A stretch of DNA of 63,795 nucleotides, the filler included, from Aduncisulcus paluster (Eukaryota), in NCBI GenBank assembly GCA_024181965.1. It is 7 parts of 7 records of this genome, joined end to end, with 100 filler letters (N's around TTAATTAATTAA, not from the genome) between each part and the next. Parts side by side here need not be neighbours in the genome. Positions count along the whole stretch, not along the records: positions 30,096 to 47,004 come from BQXS01012545.1; positions 47,105 to 53,176 come from BQXS01012547.1; 5 more parts are not named here. One strand, given 5' to 3'. Shown here in pieces: positions 34,336 to 47,106 of the stretch. The first letter of the stretch is position 1; the number at the start of each line of letters is the position of its first letter. The position numbers were made by a program, and so were the translations under genes. Below the pieces are notes generated by a model. It was given only the letters and a program-made list of their open reading frames with translations. It searched no databases and was not told the DNA's origin.

Positions 34336-34931
34336 TTTTTGACAAAAATGGAGAATAAGCCAAACTCGCTCTACACGAAACAAAACAATATTTTTTTTAA
34401 ATATAATTGATATAATAACAAATTTATTTAAGAAACTGATTATTTTAAATGTATTACCAGAGAGAATGATATAGAACCACAAAAAGAAGCTATGTATGGA
34501 GTATCAAAGTATATATTTGACTTAATCATAAAAATAAACTCTTTGTGATTTTATTCTATTGACAAGCTGCATCAGAAAGTCCCTGAGCGTGAGAGCAGCC
34601 CAACAACTTGTTGTCCAACACAGTCCTTGTGTTTCACGCTCTCAAGAACAAAGTGAGTGCAATAGAATCTCAAGTCTAATAAAAATTTAAAGAAACAAAC
34701 TGAATAAGTGTCAGGTTGGATGTATATTTATACCATATATAATGATGTGTGTAATATAATTGTCTGAAATGAAATAGAAAGGAAGAGAGAGAATACAATA
34801 ATCATTATTGAATAATGATTCAAAGATTAGAATCCTCGAATAATTCAATACTCAGTTACTCAACATTGGCAATTGTGTTCAACATAACATGGATGTTGAA
34901 TAAGTTGTCTATGAAAGCTTTTATATTGATA

Positions 34932-35913
34932 CTATTCCATGTATTCATCATCAAGACCCCCAACCTTATCCATTTCTTCCTCGAGTCTGAGAATATTGTT
35001 GATAAAATGCCCAATGGTGAACGTTCCTCCATCTCCCGTCATCTTCTCGCCAACAATCGCATCCACATCATCCGCAGTGAGTTTCAGTGACTCACGAATA
35101 TCGGTGTCGGCAGGACGGTACTGACTATCGATCCACAGAGCATCACAAGACACTGTGCAAACTCTTCCTTGGAGAGTTTATCACCCTCGGACTCTAACAG
35201 ACTCAAGAACGTGGCACGATCAAACACACCCGTCGTGTTCTCAGCGCCAAGATCGATCATCCTTCTGACAATTTCCTCGTTGGAAGGGCTTGAGGTTGAG
35301 CGATGATTGACGAACACACGAATGAACTCATCAAGATCGATCCGAATGTCCACTTCACTGAGACCTGACGTGGGAGGACGAGTTCGGACACTCATCCCGA
35401 CCTTTTCCTGGGTTAGTTCGATAATCTTACGTCTCAAGAGAGCACGCTGGAAAGACACAATCACCTCACGTTTCAGCATATATTCCTCCTGATCCGTGAG
35501 GAACACGCCAAGCACGGAACATAACTTACGCAAGCTGCAACAACTCACCTCGCCTTTGACCCTGTGCTTACCGTCGAGAGGCTCTTGAAGGGTCTGAGTG
35601 TACCTAAAGAATTCTCTCACACGCTGGTAATACTCACCACTTTCTCCGGCTTCGTCAAGCATCTGCACGAAAGGATTGAGCTCACGGCCTCCAAATACAT
35701 CGACAGAGTTCAGAGCAATGCTCTTGTTGAAGGCTTCAACATTGACTTTCCAAAGGTTGACACAGGCGTCCTTCTTGCCGCTGCTCACGACAAACACAGA
35801 CCCATCAAGGTCACTCTTACACACACTCAGGGAAGATATTTCACCACAGTGGGCAACGATTCCAAGGGTACGGTGCTGCAATCCATCGAGAGGAGTTCGA
35901 ATGAGACCAATGA
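34932..35913 (-). CDS. CFAP251: 3' part of CFAP251/WDR66 with EF-hand-like C-terminus; frameshift near 35130-35150
   Basis: Near-identical to 37466-38040. It continues IDLDEFIRVFVNHR...FLSLLESEGDKLSKEEFAQCL, and a second frame gives ...GHFINNILRLE. Confidence 0.65.
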
Positions 35914-35943
35914 TATGGGCTGTAAGAAAGATGGAATACTTAA

Positions 35944-36708
35944 TCATACAAAGTAATTGGGAGGTATTGGTTTCCCAAGACAACATTGTTTATCAATTTC
36001 AATTAGTTCTTCAAGACATTCTTCAGCAGTTATGGGTCGACCAAGGGCAATTCGATCAAGGAAATATTCTCGATATTTATCTTGAAGAGCAATCAATTCA
36101 GAACAAGTAATCTCATTTCCAGATTTAACTATTTCTTTTTTAATACATCGGTCAATGTAAATGTTCATCTCAACAATAAATTCATCAGGAGTAAAAAAAT
36201 ACGCTGGAGGGACGAGCTTGTATGGAACAATATCTAATTTGCATAGTTTAACTTCATAGTCACAATATTGGGCATCTCTTCGAGTCCCGTCCTCAAATTC
36301 AAGAACATAGTGAAGCTGAAACGTATCTTTGCGTGGTAAGAGACCATCAATTGGTATATATGTTGCAAATCCAGCTCTGACCGTCGATTTGATGCCCTTT
36401 TGTTCCAGAAGATATTGTGAAAGCAGAGAAAAATGATAACATGTTCCGATAAATCGAGTATTTACGGGGCGAACTTCACCAATAGGTTGAGAGCTCAGTA
36501 AAGATAATTTTTCAAGCACATGGTCGATATTCGATGCAAAATATAAAAATAGTTCATCGTCTTGAAGAAAATCGAGTTTAAAATACTTTGCAGCATAGAT
36601 ATGAACAATTGAACCATTGGCACGTACCAAACAATCGTCAATAATATCTTCTTCTTCAGAACTATCGGAATGAAGTGTCTTAATAGGATTATCTTCATCC
36701 TCTTTCAT
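35944..36708 (-). CDS. Transglutaminase-like (Cys-His-Asp) domain protein, bacterial type
   Basis: Motifs GTCYHFSLL, GIKSTVRAGFATY, HYVLEF and RDAQ. The first ATG gives MKEDEDN. Confidence 0.7.
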   Translation of the reverse strand: MKEDEDNPIKTLHSDSSEEEDIIDDCLVRANGSIVHIYAAKYFKLDFLQDDELFLYFASNIDHVLEKLSLLSSQPIGEVRPVNTRFIGTCYHFSLLSQYLLEQKGIKSTVRAGFATYIPIDGLLPRKDTFQLHYVLEFEDGTRRDAQYCDYEVKLCKLDIVPYKLVPPAYFFTPDEFIVEMNIYIDRCIKKEIVKSGNEITCSELIALQDKYREYFLDRIALGRPITAEECLEELIEIDKQCCLGKPIPPNYFV

Positions 36709-37465
36709 CGCATAAGAATGAAAAATCAAGCACTCAGGTGAACTTCACCTTTGTTCAACAAAAAGATGGCCTATTATGTCAATCACTCGAATTGAATATT
36801 AAAGCGGGCAATAATATCATTCTTAAAGTTTTTATTCAATATTATTGCGAATTTCCACATAACAAATTCCATAAATAATGTCTATTCAGACAAGAAATGG
36901 AAAAAATCATTGTTGTGTCCATTATGATCTAAGATGAAAATTTGATATCGTTAAATTATATTATTCTAACACTTCAAGTTGTTACATGGAATGAATATGT
37001 TACTCTAAGGCCAGAAAGATGTTTTCAAAAATTTCAAATCTTTTGTCCAAATTTCTATTTCATTCCGAGCTTGAAACAAATAGTTTTTCCCATTAATACG
37101 TAAACTTGGTTTGATTTGCCTATAATAGTATGTTTTTGTGGGTATTATTGTGTTTTTCAATTTCGACATTCCTCAACGAAGTAATGCCGTGAATCTTGCA
37201 CGTTCTTATCGATAATTGTGTCCATCTTATGAATTTATTCCATTTCATTTGTCATATTTCCCTCATATGCCTTCCTTCATGGTTTTATTTTGAACCCTCA
37301 CACTGAATGAAAATTAAGATTAAAGTCCAAACACCTCGAAAATATTAAAAAAGAATAACATTAAAAAGAATTCTTGGCCTTAAAATACAACTTAAATGTC
37401 AGCGTCAAAGTCATTACTACTTGAATCATCAAATCCTAGTGTTTCNNNNNNNNNNNNNNNNNNNN

Positions 37466-40400
37466 GATCCGAATGTCCACTTCACTGAGACCTGACGTGG
37501 GAGGACGAGTTCGGACACTCATCCCGACCTTTTCCTGGGTTAGTTCGATAATCTTACGTCTCAAGAGAGCACGCTGGAAAGACACAATCACCTCACGTTT
37601 CAGCATATATTCCTCCTGATCCGTGAGGAACACGCCAAGCACGGAACATAACTTACGCAAGCTGCAACAACTCACCTCGCCTTTGACCCTGTGCTTACCA
37701 TCGAGAGGCTCTTGAAGGGTCTGAGTGTACCTAAAGAATTCTCTCACACGCTGGTAATACTCACCACTTTCTCCGGCTTCGTCAAGCATCTGCACGAAAG
37801 GATTGAGCTCACGGCCTCCAAATACATCGACAGAGTTCAGAGCAATGCTCTTGTTGAAGGCTTCAACATTGACTTTCCAAAGGTTGACACAGGCGTCCTT
37901 CTTGCCGCTGCTCACGACAAACACAGACCCATCAAGGTCACTCTTGCACACACTCAGGGAAGATATTTCACCACAGTGGGCAACGATTCCAAGGGTACGG
38001 TGCTGCAATCCGTCGAGAGGAGTTCGAATGAGACCAATGACCTTCTCAGGGGTACTGTATGCAATGTACTGCCATTCATGACGGATATTTCCTTCAACAA
38101 TGGTGTGATGGGGTGCCTTACGACCGAATTCATGACCTTCATCGAAACCATCACCGAATCCTTCCTCACCGTCCATTTCCTCCTCTTCGTCCCACGACTC
38201 CCCAGATCCAGTCCCACTTCCTTCACCACTCAAATGAATGAATTTCATGGAGCTTGTTGGCAGACCATATGATGGGGCTATTATAGTTCTCAGAAGGGGA
38301 TAGGGCTCAGCACGAGAGGCCGTGGAACCCATATCAAGGAGATGGGCACCAACACCTTCCACACTGGTCACACGTTTAGCCATGGCCTCGAGTTTCTCAG
38401 TCTCTTCCTCAAATGTGAGAGCTGGACGAGATGCTGGAGAGCAACCAAACAGACGCATTTTATAAGAGTCGTCACCGACAAGCACTAGGGACTCCTGGTC
38501 AATTGGAAGAGAGTGTGTTCCTGGGACAACGAATCGTTTGCCATCGAGATCAGTTTCGAACTCAACCCAAGGGATGCTAATGTTGAATTCATGTTGTTGG
38601 GATGATGATGAAGCGAGTGATTTGGCAGATCCAGTCGGGTCTGTTCCCTCCGAGTGTTTTGTTGGCTTGATCCCAGGTCTTGGACAATCCCTGATAGCAT
38701 TGGGGGGAGGAGGAAGAGACAATAGACATGTTGGGGTGGATGTAACACAACAAGGAGTATGAGATAATATGGTCATTGTGGAAGCTGATGATCCCACACT
38801 CGGTTTGATGGAACCATTTGAAACAGAGCTCGATGTGGTGGGTTTGCCAGATGTTGTATCCTCGACAATCTCACTTCCAAGGGAAATAACACACAAGTTC
38901 CTGTCCTCACCGACACTCAACAGACGCAGATCAACCTTTCCATCCTCTGTATATCTCTTAATGATAATATCACAGATCTTCATGCCGCCGTGGGGCTGTT
39001 TCTCTCCTTTATAGCTCCATTTCTTCCCACTGGAGGTCTGCTCGAAGCGGAATATATATACGTTCACACTATCGGCCACTGCACACACAGTTCCACAGGG
39101 GGAGAAGGTAATGCGGGATATCGGTGAGTGAGGACGCTTGACGACCATGATTTCCTCAAGGTGCTCCTTCCATTCACCTGAGCTAGCAACAGGGTAGGCA
39201 TTAAGTTTGAGGAATATGATGGTTCCACTCTGGGTACCAACACAAATAACATCACCATAGGGTGGTTGAGCAGCAATAACAGTGATGGCACCATATTTAG
39301 TGGTACTTGATTCACTCGTGGCATATGAATTGCTCTTTTCCATCTGTCTGGCACATGAAATGAATCCCATGTCACAATTAAACACGTGAACTTCTCCTTT
39401 GTTGGTGCCTATATAGACATATGGACGACGCACACAGCGGTCAGCAGTCGTCGAACATGTCACCACACCGGAGATACCACGAACATAGAGCTTTCCACGA
39501 CGTTGCTCAGGGTCTGTCTCTTCGTGGCACGAGGAAGCAAGACGAATGACAAGGCACCCATCGGTAAGAACAAAGAAGTCAGTGAGAGTATTATAATCAG
39601 GCGAGGAGGAGTGGGCTGGTTTCCGCTGGCCCTTGTGTGGGGTGCGAGGAGTGACAGCTGAACGAGATTGGGCTGCAACTCGAGGTGTAGAAGTGGCACT
39701 GTTGGCTGTACCAGAACGGGCAGTATCAAGATCAGAGGCAATACGCATGGCATCGAAACCAATGCCTCGGACTCCACCACCCCTGAGATTCTCATACCAA
39801 GCAAGGATACGAAGACCACTATCGTACACTCGAACGCTCCCGTCACTCCCTCCAGTGACAATATACTGTCCATGGAGCTGAGTAACATATAAGATGGCCC
39901 CATCGGCAAGAAGCTTCGTGAGTTTGGCGGGGGATCTTCTCCCTTCTTCAGCTTCAACGCCAGATCTAAAGAGAGTATGAGTATACAAAAGTAATTCTCC
40001 ATTGATTGTGGCAACAACAGCCTCGTTTGATGGAGTAAATGAACCATGAGTGAATGTTTCGACTTTTCTAAGCATATCTTTTCCACTAAATCCAGGAGCA
40101 TAATACGATATTGAGGTATCCACGTCACGATTGGTCTCATCCCACAAATAAAATACAACACGTGAAGGACCAACGGTCATGATATCACCAGAATCTAATG
40201 GATTCATCTTCACGAGAAACTGTTCATCGGGAATTCGGGCTAATTGAACACGAGCAATGGGAACATCAGCGGAATCCGTCCACGACCAAATACACAATTC
40301 TTGAGTAGCTTTTGAGGTAGATCCACGTTTACGTTCTTTTTTGGGGAGTAAATTTCCCAAAGAAACAATCAAAGCAGAATTAGCACTAATATCAAGAGCA

Positions 40401-40717
40401 GCAACACCATGAGCATGTGGATTAAAAATAGTCCGAATAGGGGCATATGTTTGAGCGTCCCACACAATAATTAATCCTTCTTCTCCATCATCTGCAGAAA
40501 TAATCCACTTCTTATCGGGAGAAACAACCAAGGATGTAATTTCATTACAATGGCCTTGTAACATATGCTGTTGTTCAGTTGTAGCATTATAAACGACAAC
40601 AATATGTGATGTTGCGTATACAATAACTTCTTTGGTAGAATCAGATAAGGAATGAATACCATCGACAAGATGGGAATTAATACCGCAAACATAATTAAGG
40701 TTTAAAGGTTTGGACAT
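37466..40717 (-). CDS. CFAP251: Cilia/flagella WD-repeat protein CFAP251/WDR66 (interrupted by gap 37446-37465)
   Basis: Motifs PLNLNYVCGIN, QHMLQGHCNEITSL, IIVWD, AYSTPEKVIGLIRTPLDG, GIVAHCGEIS and EFFRYTQ. Confidence 0.78.
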
Positions 40718-40965
40718 TAAAATTCAAGGTATTATAAATATAAATATATGTAAAAGAAACGAAATTGGGTTGAATCAAAGCAAATCTCGATCAAAATTTC
40801 TTTTTCGTGGTTACAAATAATATAATCATTTTTGATACATAAATTAATTGAAATGCAACATTTTATTTGGATTTTTTGCAGGGAAAAATTAATTCGTTCA
40901 TAAATAAGGGAGAAAGTAAAAAGTTGAAATAACTCAGTGGATAGATTTATTATGATGAGATTAGC

Positions 40966-41562
40966 TTATTGAACGATTCTATATGAAACATATCTTCCTG
41001 CTGTTTCGGAAGGACGGGTGATACGTACAACATCTCCAACCTTCAATCCCAAATACTTGGCAACGGGATCAGTTTTCATAATACGAGGGATCTGGGTTTC
41101 TTTGACGGAATAATGCTTTAAAAGGGTGGCTTTTTCTTCTTCTGAGAGCAATTCATGCTTCGGAACAAGTATGTGGTGTGTGATATTCACCAATAATTCT
41201 TTTCTCTGGAAAGTCTCAAGTTGAACACCAGCTGTTTTATCAGCAAGGTTAAGAGCAACTGATTTTGCCGAGTTATATACAATAATACCATGTTTAGCGC
41301 CTTTAGAAGATAGTTCGCTAGCAAGAGCCTTAATACGAGCACCTTTCAACTCATCTTCGTAAAAAACGACAAGTTTTTCTTCAAGTCCGGTTTTGGGGTT
41401 CTTTCTTAAAGTGATAAGAGGATAAATATCAGGAATGGTCATGAATTTAGCCAAATCCATTGTTAAACTCTTAGATGACACTTGGTAATGCCTATCATTG
41501 AGCATTTCAAAGAGAGTCTTTGTTATCCTAAACCTTTCTCTTGTTTCTTTATCCACAGACAT
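40966..41562 (-). CDS. RPB5: DNA-directed RNA polymerases I/II/III subunit RPABC1
   Basis: Motifs EMLNDRHY, LLVNITHHILVPKH, QIPRIMKTDPVAKYLGL and RPSETAGRYVSYR. Confidence 0.98.
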   Translation of the reverse strand: MSVDKETRERFRITKTLFEMLNDRHYQVSSKSLTMDLAKFMTIPDIYPLITLRKNPKTGLEEKLVVFYEDELKGARIKALASELSSKGAKHGIIVYNSAKSVALNLADKTAGVQLETFQRKELLVNITHHILVPKHELLSEEEKATLLKHYSVKETQIPRIMKTDPVAKYLGLKVGDVVRITRPSETAGRYVSYRIVQ

Positions 41563-41783
41563 GCCAAAGAAGCGATAGTATTGAAAAAATATATATCACC
41601 GGCTGAAGCCGATAATACAATAGTATCCTCCTTAATATCAAAAAATACTCGTAAAAATTATTGAGTATCTATCCAAATCACATCAATTAATAGTTTGATT
41701 CATATTATTTACATTTGGAATAGGGAAATAAAAAAAATCAATCCAATTCATCCATTTCTCGCACTTCAGGATTTTGTGGTCAT

Positions 41784-43120
41784 ATGGTTGCTGAAACAAA
41801 GTATTATGATGTTTTAGGTGTGTCTCCCAGCGCTACTTCTGCTGAGATTAAAAAAGCGTATGTATTTTTCCCTGGATAATCGAGGCATTTCATATTCTAC
41901 TCTTTCAAATTAAAACCATTATTAATCTTCTTTTTTCATTTCCTCTTACAACTTAATTTATTTTTCTTGATAATTAATTCTTTAGATACCGTAAATTAGC
42001 TTTAAAATTCCATCCTGATAGAAATCCTTCTGCTGCCGATAAATTCCAGGAAATTGCTGCCGCTTATGAGGTTCTTTCTGATGAGAAGAAGAGAAAATTA
42101 TATGATGACTATGGTGAAGAAGGAGTTAAAAGTGGAGGTGCTCCTGGGGGTGGTCCTGGTGGTTTCTTCGATATGTTCTTTGGCGGCGGTGGTCCCAGAG
42201 CTCGTGAAGAATCTTCTAGAACTGAAGATGTCCGTTACAAACTCGCCATTCCCCTTGAACTCATGTATACTGGAGGAATCAAGCATGTCAACTTCAAGAG
42301 AAAGGTTGTCTGTCCAAGCTGTTCTGGTGTTGGTGGAACCAAGCCTGGATGTGAGACTGAATGTTCTAAATGTAGAGGAAAAGGAGTCTACATGGAAGTC
42401 CGTAGATCTGGTTTCATGGTTCAGCAAATCCAAAGAACCTGTGACCGTTGTCATGGAGCGGGTCGCTCAATTGATGACAAATACTTGTGTAAAGAATGTC
42501 ATGGAGAGAAGGTTGTGACTCAAAGTGAAGAAGTCAGCGTTGAAATTGATAGAGGTATGAAAGAAGGAGAGAAGATCACAAAATTCGAGGGAGGTCATGA
42601 AGAACCCGGAAAACTCACCGGAGACCTTATTTTCGTTCTCTCTGAGAAGAAACACAAAACATTCGAGCGCCGTGGAGTTGATCTTATCTGCAAGAAAGAG
42701 ATCAGTCTCACTCAGGCTCTTACTGGTGCTCCTTTCTATATCGAGCATCTTGATGGTCATATTGTTGAAGCCAGGGCTCCCAAGAACAAGTTAATTAGCC
42801 CTGATGATATTCTTGCCATTGAGGAAGAAGGTATGCCTGCCAAGAGTCGGCCAGGTGTGTTCGGTCGTTTATTCATTCAATTCCATGTCAAATTCCCAGC
42901 TACCATCTCCGATGCCCAAGCTGATGTCCTTCGTAAGATTTTCCTTGCCCATGCCCCAACCAAACCCAAGGGCAAGATAGTGAAACGTTCCCTTGCCAAG
43001 ATTGACCCAAGAACTAAGCATCCCGCTGACCGTGATGATTACACAGCTGGATCTGGAAATGCTTACGATGAAGATGACCACCAAGGTGGACCACAGAATG
43101 TTCAATGTGCTCCAATGTGA
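41784..43120 (+). CDS. DNAJA: Type I DnaJ/Hsp40 (DNAJA/Ydj1-like); exons 41784-41857 and 41986-43120
   Basis: The spliced J-domain reads [13 protein letters not shown]...[17 protein letters not shown]. It is followed by a G/F region, four CxxCxGxG-type repeats and a terminal CaaX (CAPM). Intron 41858-41985 reads GTATGT...TTTAG. Confidence 0.96.
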
Positions 43121-43393
43121 GTTCCTTGGAATCCCTTAGTTATTGCGTAGAAAAAGTAAAACTACCCGGTAAATTTTTCGGATTTTTTATTATATTTCCA
43201 TTTTGAATAATTTTGTTGCCTTTTGATCAATTTCTTTGATACTATTTTCACAAGCCTTGTTATGAGATCGAATCACATTTTGCTTCATATATAGCATAAG
43301 AAATTTGCTATAGCTTACTAGTATCTGGTTTTTGATATATTTTATTGCAGTTTTAGATCTTTTTTTACTGTGTTCTAATTATAATATATCATA

Positions 43394-46300
43394 ATGGGAA
43401 AACGAAATAGATCCATTCATCCAGAGATGAGAAGAATGAAAGCTCTTCAAATGCATCGTACCCTTGGAAATGCTGTTTTTATGAAGGGCCAACAAGAAGC
43501 ATACAAGCAAAACTTAATCATTGTGAAAGAATCCTTGCTGAAAGGAAGTCCTGACGCCTTATTTAGTTTAGTTGAGCAAATGAATTGCAGTATTAGGGGA
43601 TATAGGCCAGGAGATAAGATTAATTTAGATGAGAATGGCAATATTTTTGATAATATGCAACATTGTCTCTCTGGATGCACAAATTACATCCAATTATTCG
43701 ATGGGCAAATTGTTGGTGTTGAAAAAACTGAGTTCCTCCAAAAAAAGTATATAGAAGAGGTGTATAAAGTCTTGTTTTCCGAGTTTGTACGAGTGGTGAA
43801 TGGTTTTCTCAAACTCGGCAAACCGCTTGCCGAAGAAGAAGAAGTTCTCGTTATTAACATCTTTGAGATTATGAATTTTATTTTGCGTAATGAGACGACT
43901 GGTTCAAAAGCATTCAGGCAGATAGCTTCCCATATTAGAATGTGGATCCGGAGCTATTGTTATATCCCTGTTATATGTGCTTTGAGTGAAGAAAATGCTA
44001 TTCCTGAAATGAGTCATGTCTTGGTACCCTCTCATAAGATTTTCAACAAGGTCTTATTAGTTGTCGAGAGTGTGTGCTCTTTCTTTGATAAAAAGATCGT
44101 TGCCAACGTTTATTTGAGAGAGATTATGACTCAAGTTGAGAAACATTATTGCCTTGTGCCACCCCACATGTTTCTTCTCAAATCAAAACCCAAGAAGTCT
44201 TCTTCAAAGGGGAAGTCCGGAGATTCCTCTTCTTCTTCCGGCATTCTCTCATCATCCACTGCTTCTGGTTCTGCGAGTTCTAATAGTTCCTCTTGCTCAA
44301 GCAGCTCTCCTTCTTCAGCTCCCGATATGGATGATGAATATTACTTCCCTCATATGTATGTCTCACCGGACACTGTATCTTTATATAGAAAAGGGCTGAT
44401 TGAGGAAATGAGAATGATATTCGGGGATTCTGAGTGTCTTGACCTGTCCAAGGATGACCAAGATCCACTGCATCCACTCCATAGTACTCCTGCGACTGAA
44501 ATGGAGATGTTCACAAAGACCACAGAGACAGTCATTTCAAGTTTGAAGGCTTCAAAATCTGCCCCAAAGTCGACAATTGGTGAATCTCCATCTGCCTCTC
44601 CATCTGCCTCTTCAACCGCGACTGACCCAATGAGTACATCCGGTGATGCCGTATGTGAAGAGTCACCCTCAGTTCATTCAGAGTCCACCGAGGCTGCTCA
44701 GTTGAGTTCATCTTCTTTGTCTTTGAAAGAACTGAAGCAGAAGGAACTATATATCAAGAAACAGAAGTTGGAGAAGAACAGAAAATGTTCCCAGGCCAGA
44801 AGAGCTGCTCAGTTGAGTTCATCTTCTTCATACACTGGGAGTTCCTCAAAACGCAAATCTAAAAATAGATCAACATCCCCACCGTTATTCCATTCTATTA
44901 CTGGCGACACATCAATATCTCACATGCGAGGTTTCTTGCAGCGTTTCCCAGCTCCTTCTCTACCCGATGTAGATGAAGAGATACTTTTGAAAGGAATCGA
45001 AGGTTGGAAGAAATGTGAGGAATATTCATTATATTATGGTTTTGACATGCGGACTGTGTTTTCTTACTATCATTCGGTCAGAGATGGTAGGATCTCCAGT
45101 CCTGATCACTCTGTGTTCACATGGCTTCCCGATACCTCGAAAGGTACGGTGGAACTATTTGTAGATCCTGAGAAAGAAGCAGTTGAAGGAGGGCCCATTC
45201 ATTCAAAACTGGCTCGGATGTCCAAGAAGGAGATAGCAAAGAAATACGGGAAGTATAAGGTTTATTTTGACACTGACTGTCCTGATCCTGCCCTCTTACC
45301 GCCCTTTATAGACTCTAAGGGGGAATCTATCTTCCCTCCATCATCCATTGTGTCTCTATATGGCCTATTCTCTTTCTTATTCTCCCTTTCAAGCTCAAAC
45401 GATGTCGCGATATGCCGTCAGATATGGAAATTAGTTGGCCCATGGGTCAGAGTGTGGTATGAATTCCTTGCTGTCGAGGAAGAGCGGACATGGAGGCGGG
45501 AAGAAGCATCGATGATGGGAATGCAGGCACAAATGGGCGATTACATTGGGAATCTGGCCAGTGAATTGGGTCCTAAGGGTTCATTCGTGGTTGGAATGCA
45601 TAAACTTGGAGAACTGAAGAAAGAAGAGGTCAAGAGAGAGGCCAAATTAGCAGCTAAGAAACAACAAGAAAAAGAGCGTTTGCGTCATTCTTTGGGTCAA
45701 GCTATATATCTGCACCCCAAAATCCCATGTCTTTCTTTCCTATTGCCTCCAACAATGCCACTGGCCTCTATTTTAGACACTCCTTCTGATCCTATGCTAG
45801 ACTTGTCCAAACTGATAATCTCTCTGGCCTCCACAATGAGTTCAGAGCTTGCTTCGATGGATAAATTGTCTGATATGGAGTGGAGAAAAAGAACTGAAAA
45901 GATGGAATGGGCCAAAACAGTGACAAAGCGAAGAAAAGAGCATGAAAAGAGTGAGAACGAAAGGATAGCTTCGACTGAGGTATTTTCTAGAGTGTTTTCT
46001 GAGGATATTTGTGGGGAGAAATGTGATGTGTGTTCAAATGAAATATTTCGAGGACCTGAATATGATTTTCTTGAGCATGAACATAAGTCTGACAACTTCC
46101 CTCGTGTAAGTTCTCATATTCCAAAGCTTGTCCCTTCAACGTTCCTCAATCTCTCTGATGATATTTGTGATATTTTTATCTCGCATTCATTTGCAGATTC
46201 TTTGAGCAAACAGAAGGATCTCTTGAACACTGCTAAGGATATCTGGTCCCATCTGAGATACCCTCTCTGGTCACTCTTTGGTGGAAGGTGGGGAGAAGAG

Positions 46301-47004
46301 GGCTGGAATGGAGATAAAACAGAGTTTTTGAGAGGTGTCCATAAAGAGGGGATAGGGTTTGTACCTGGTTCTGATCGAGGGATTGAGGTTAATTCCTTGA
46401 AAGATCTTAATCGAACTGCTCGTGAATTCTGTGTTATGCCAGAATCTAGCTTGAAATCTAAGCTTGGTCAACCTCAACACAAAGGATCTTCTTCTTCTTC
46501 ATCAGCTAAAACTAAACCACCACCTTTCATGCCCATTGGCTCTGTTCTATTCTCCTTCCTTCCTTCTCCATCCAAAACGACTCCCATTCCTCCCATTCCA
46601 CCTATTCTAGATGCTCAAGAAGTGTCTTCATGTTTTGCTGGACCCAACGGACTTTCCAGCCTCTTTAAGAAGACAACTCCTGACATTTTGGTCGCTTGGA
46701 TCATCCAGATGCTTGAGGAAGGGCGAATCGACACGAGGGACGTTGAGTATGAGTGTAAATGGGAGGCTATTTTTAGAAATGAGCGTGAGAAAGCAAAGGC
46801 CATGAGACTTAAGGTTCTTTCTGAAACTTCTATTGATAATGAGATCACAAGTCCAACTTCTCTTTCACGTGGTTATGTTAAGCTGGACGTTAAGAATGTC
46901 CACAGATGGATGTACAGGGGGGGATCCTGGGTCAAGAATAGTCAACATTATCCCTGTATTAATGAAACTCAGGGATGTACGTGTCCTATTGAATCTCATA
47001 GTAC
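43394..47004 (+). CDS. Large hypothetical protein, 3'-partial
   Basis: ORF of more than 1200 codons running into the linker, with a short internal AAQLSSSS repeat. Confidence 0.75.
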
Positions 47005-47106
47005 NNNNNNNNNNNNNNNNNNNNNNNNNNNNNNNNNNNNNNNNNNNNTTAATTAATTAANNNNNNNNNNNNNNNNNNNNNNNNNNNNNNNNNNNNNNNN
47101 NNNNAC

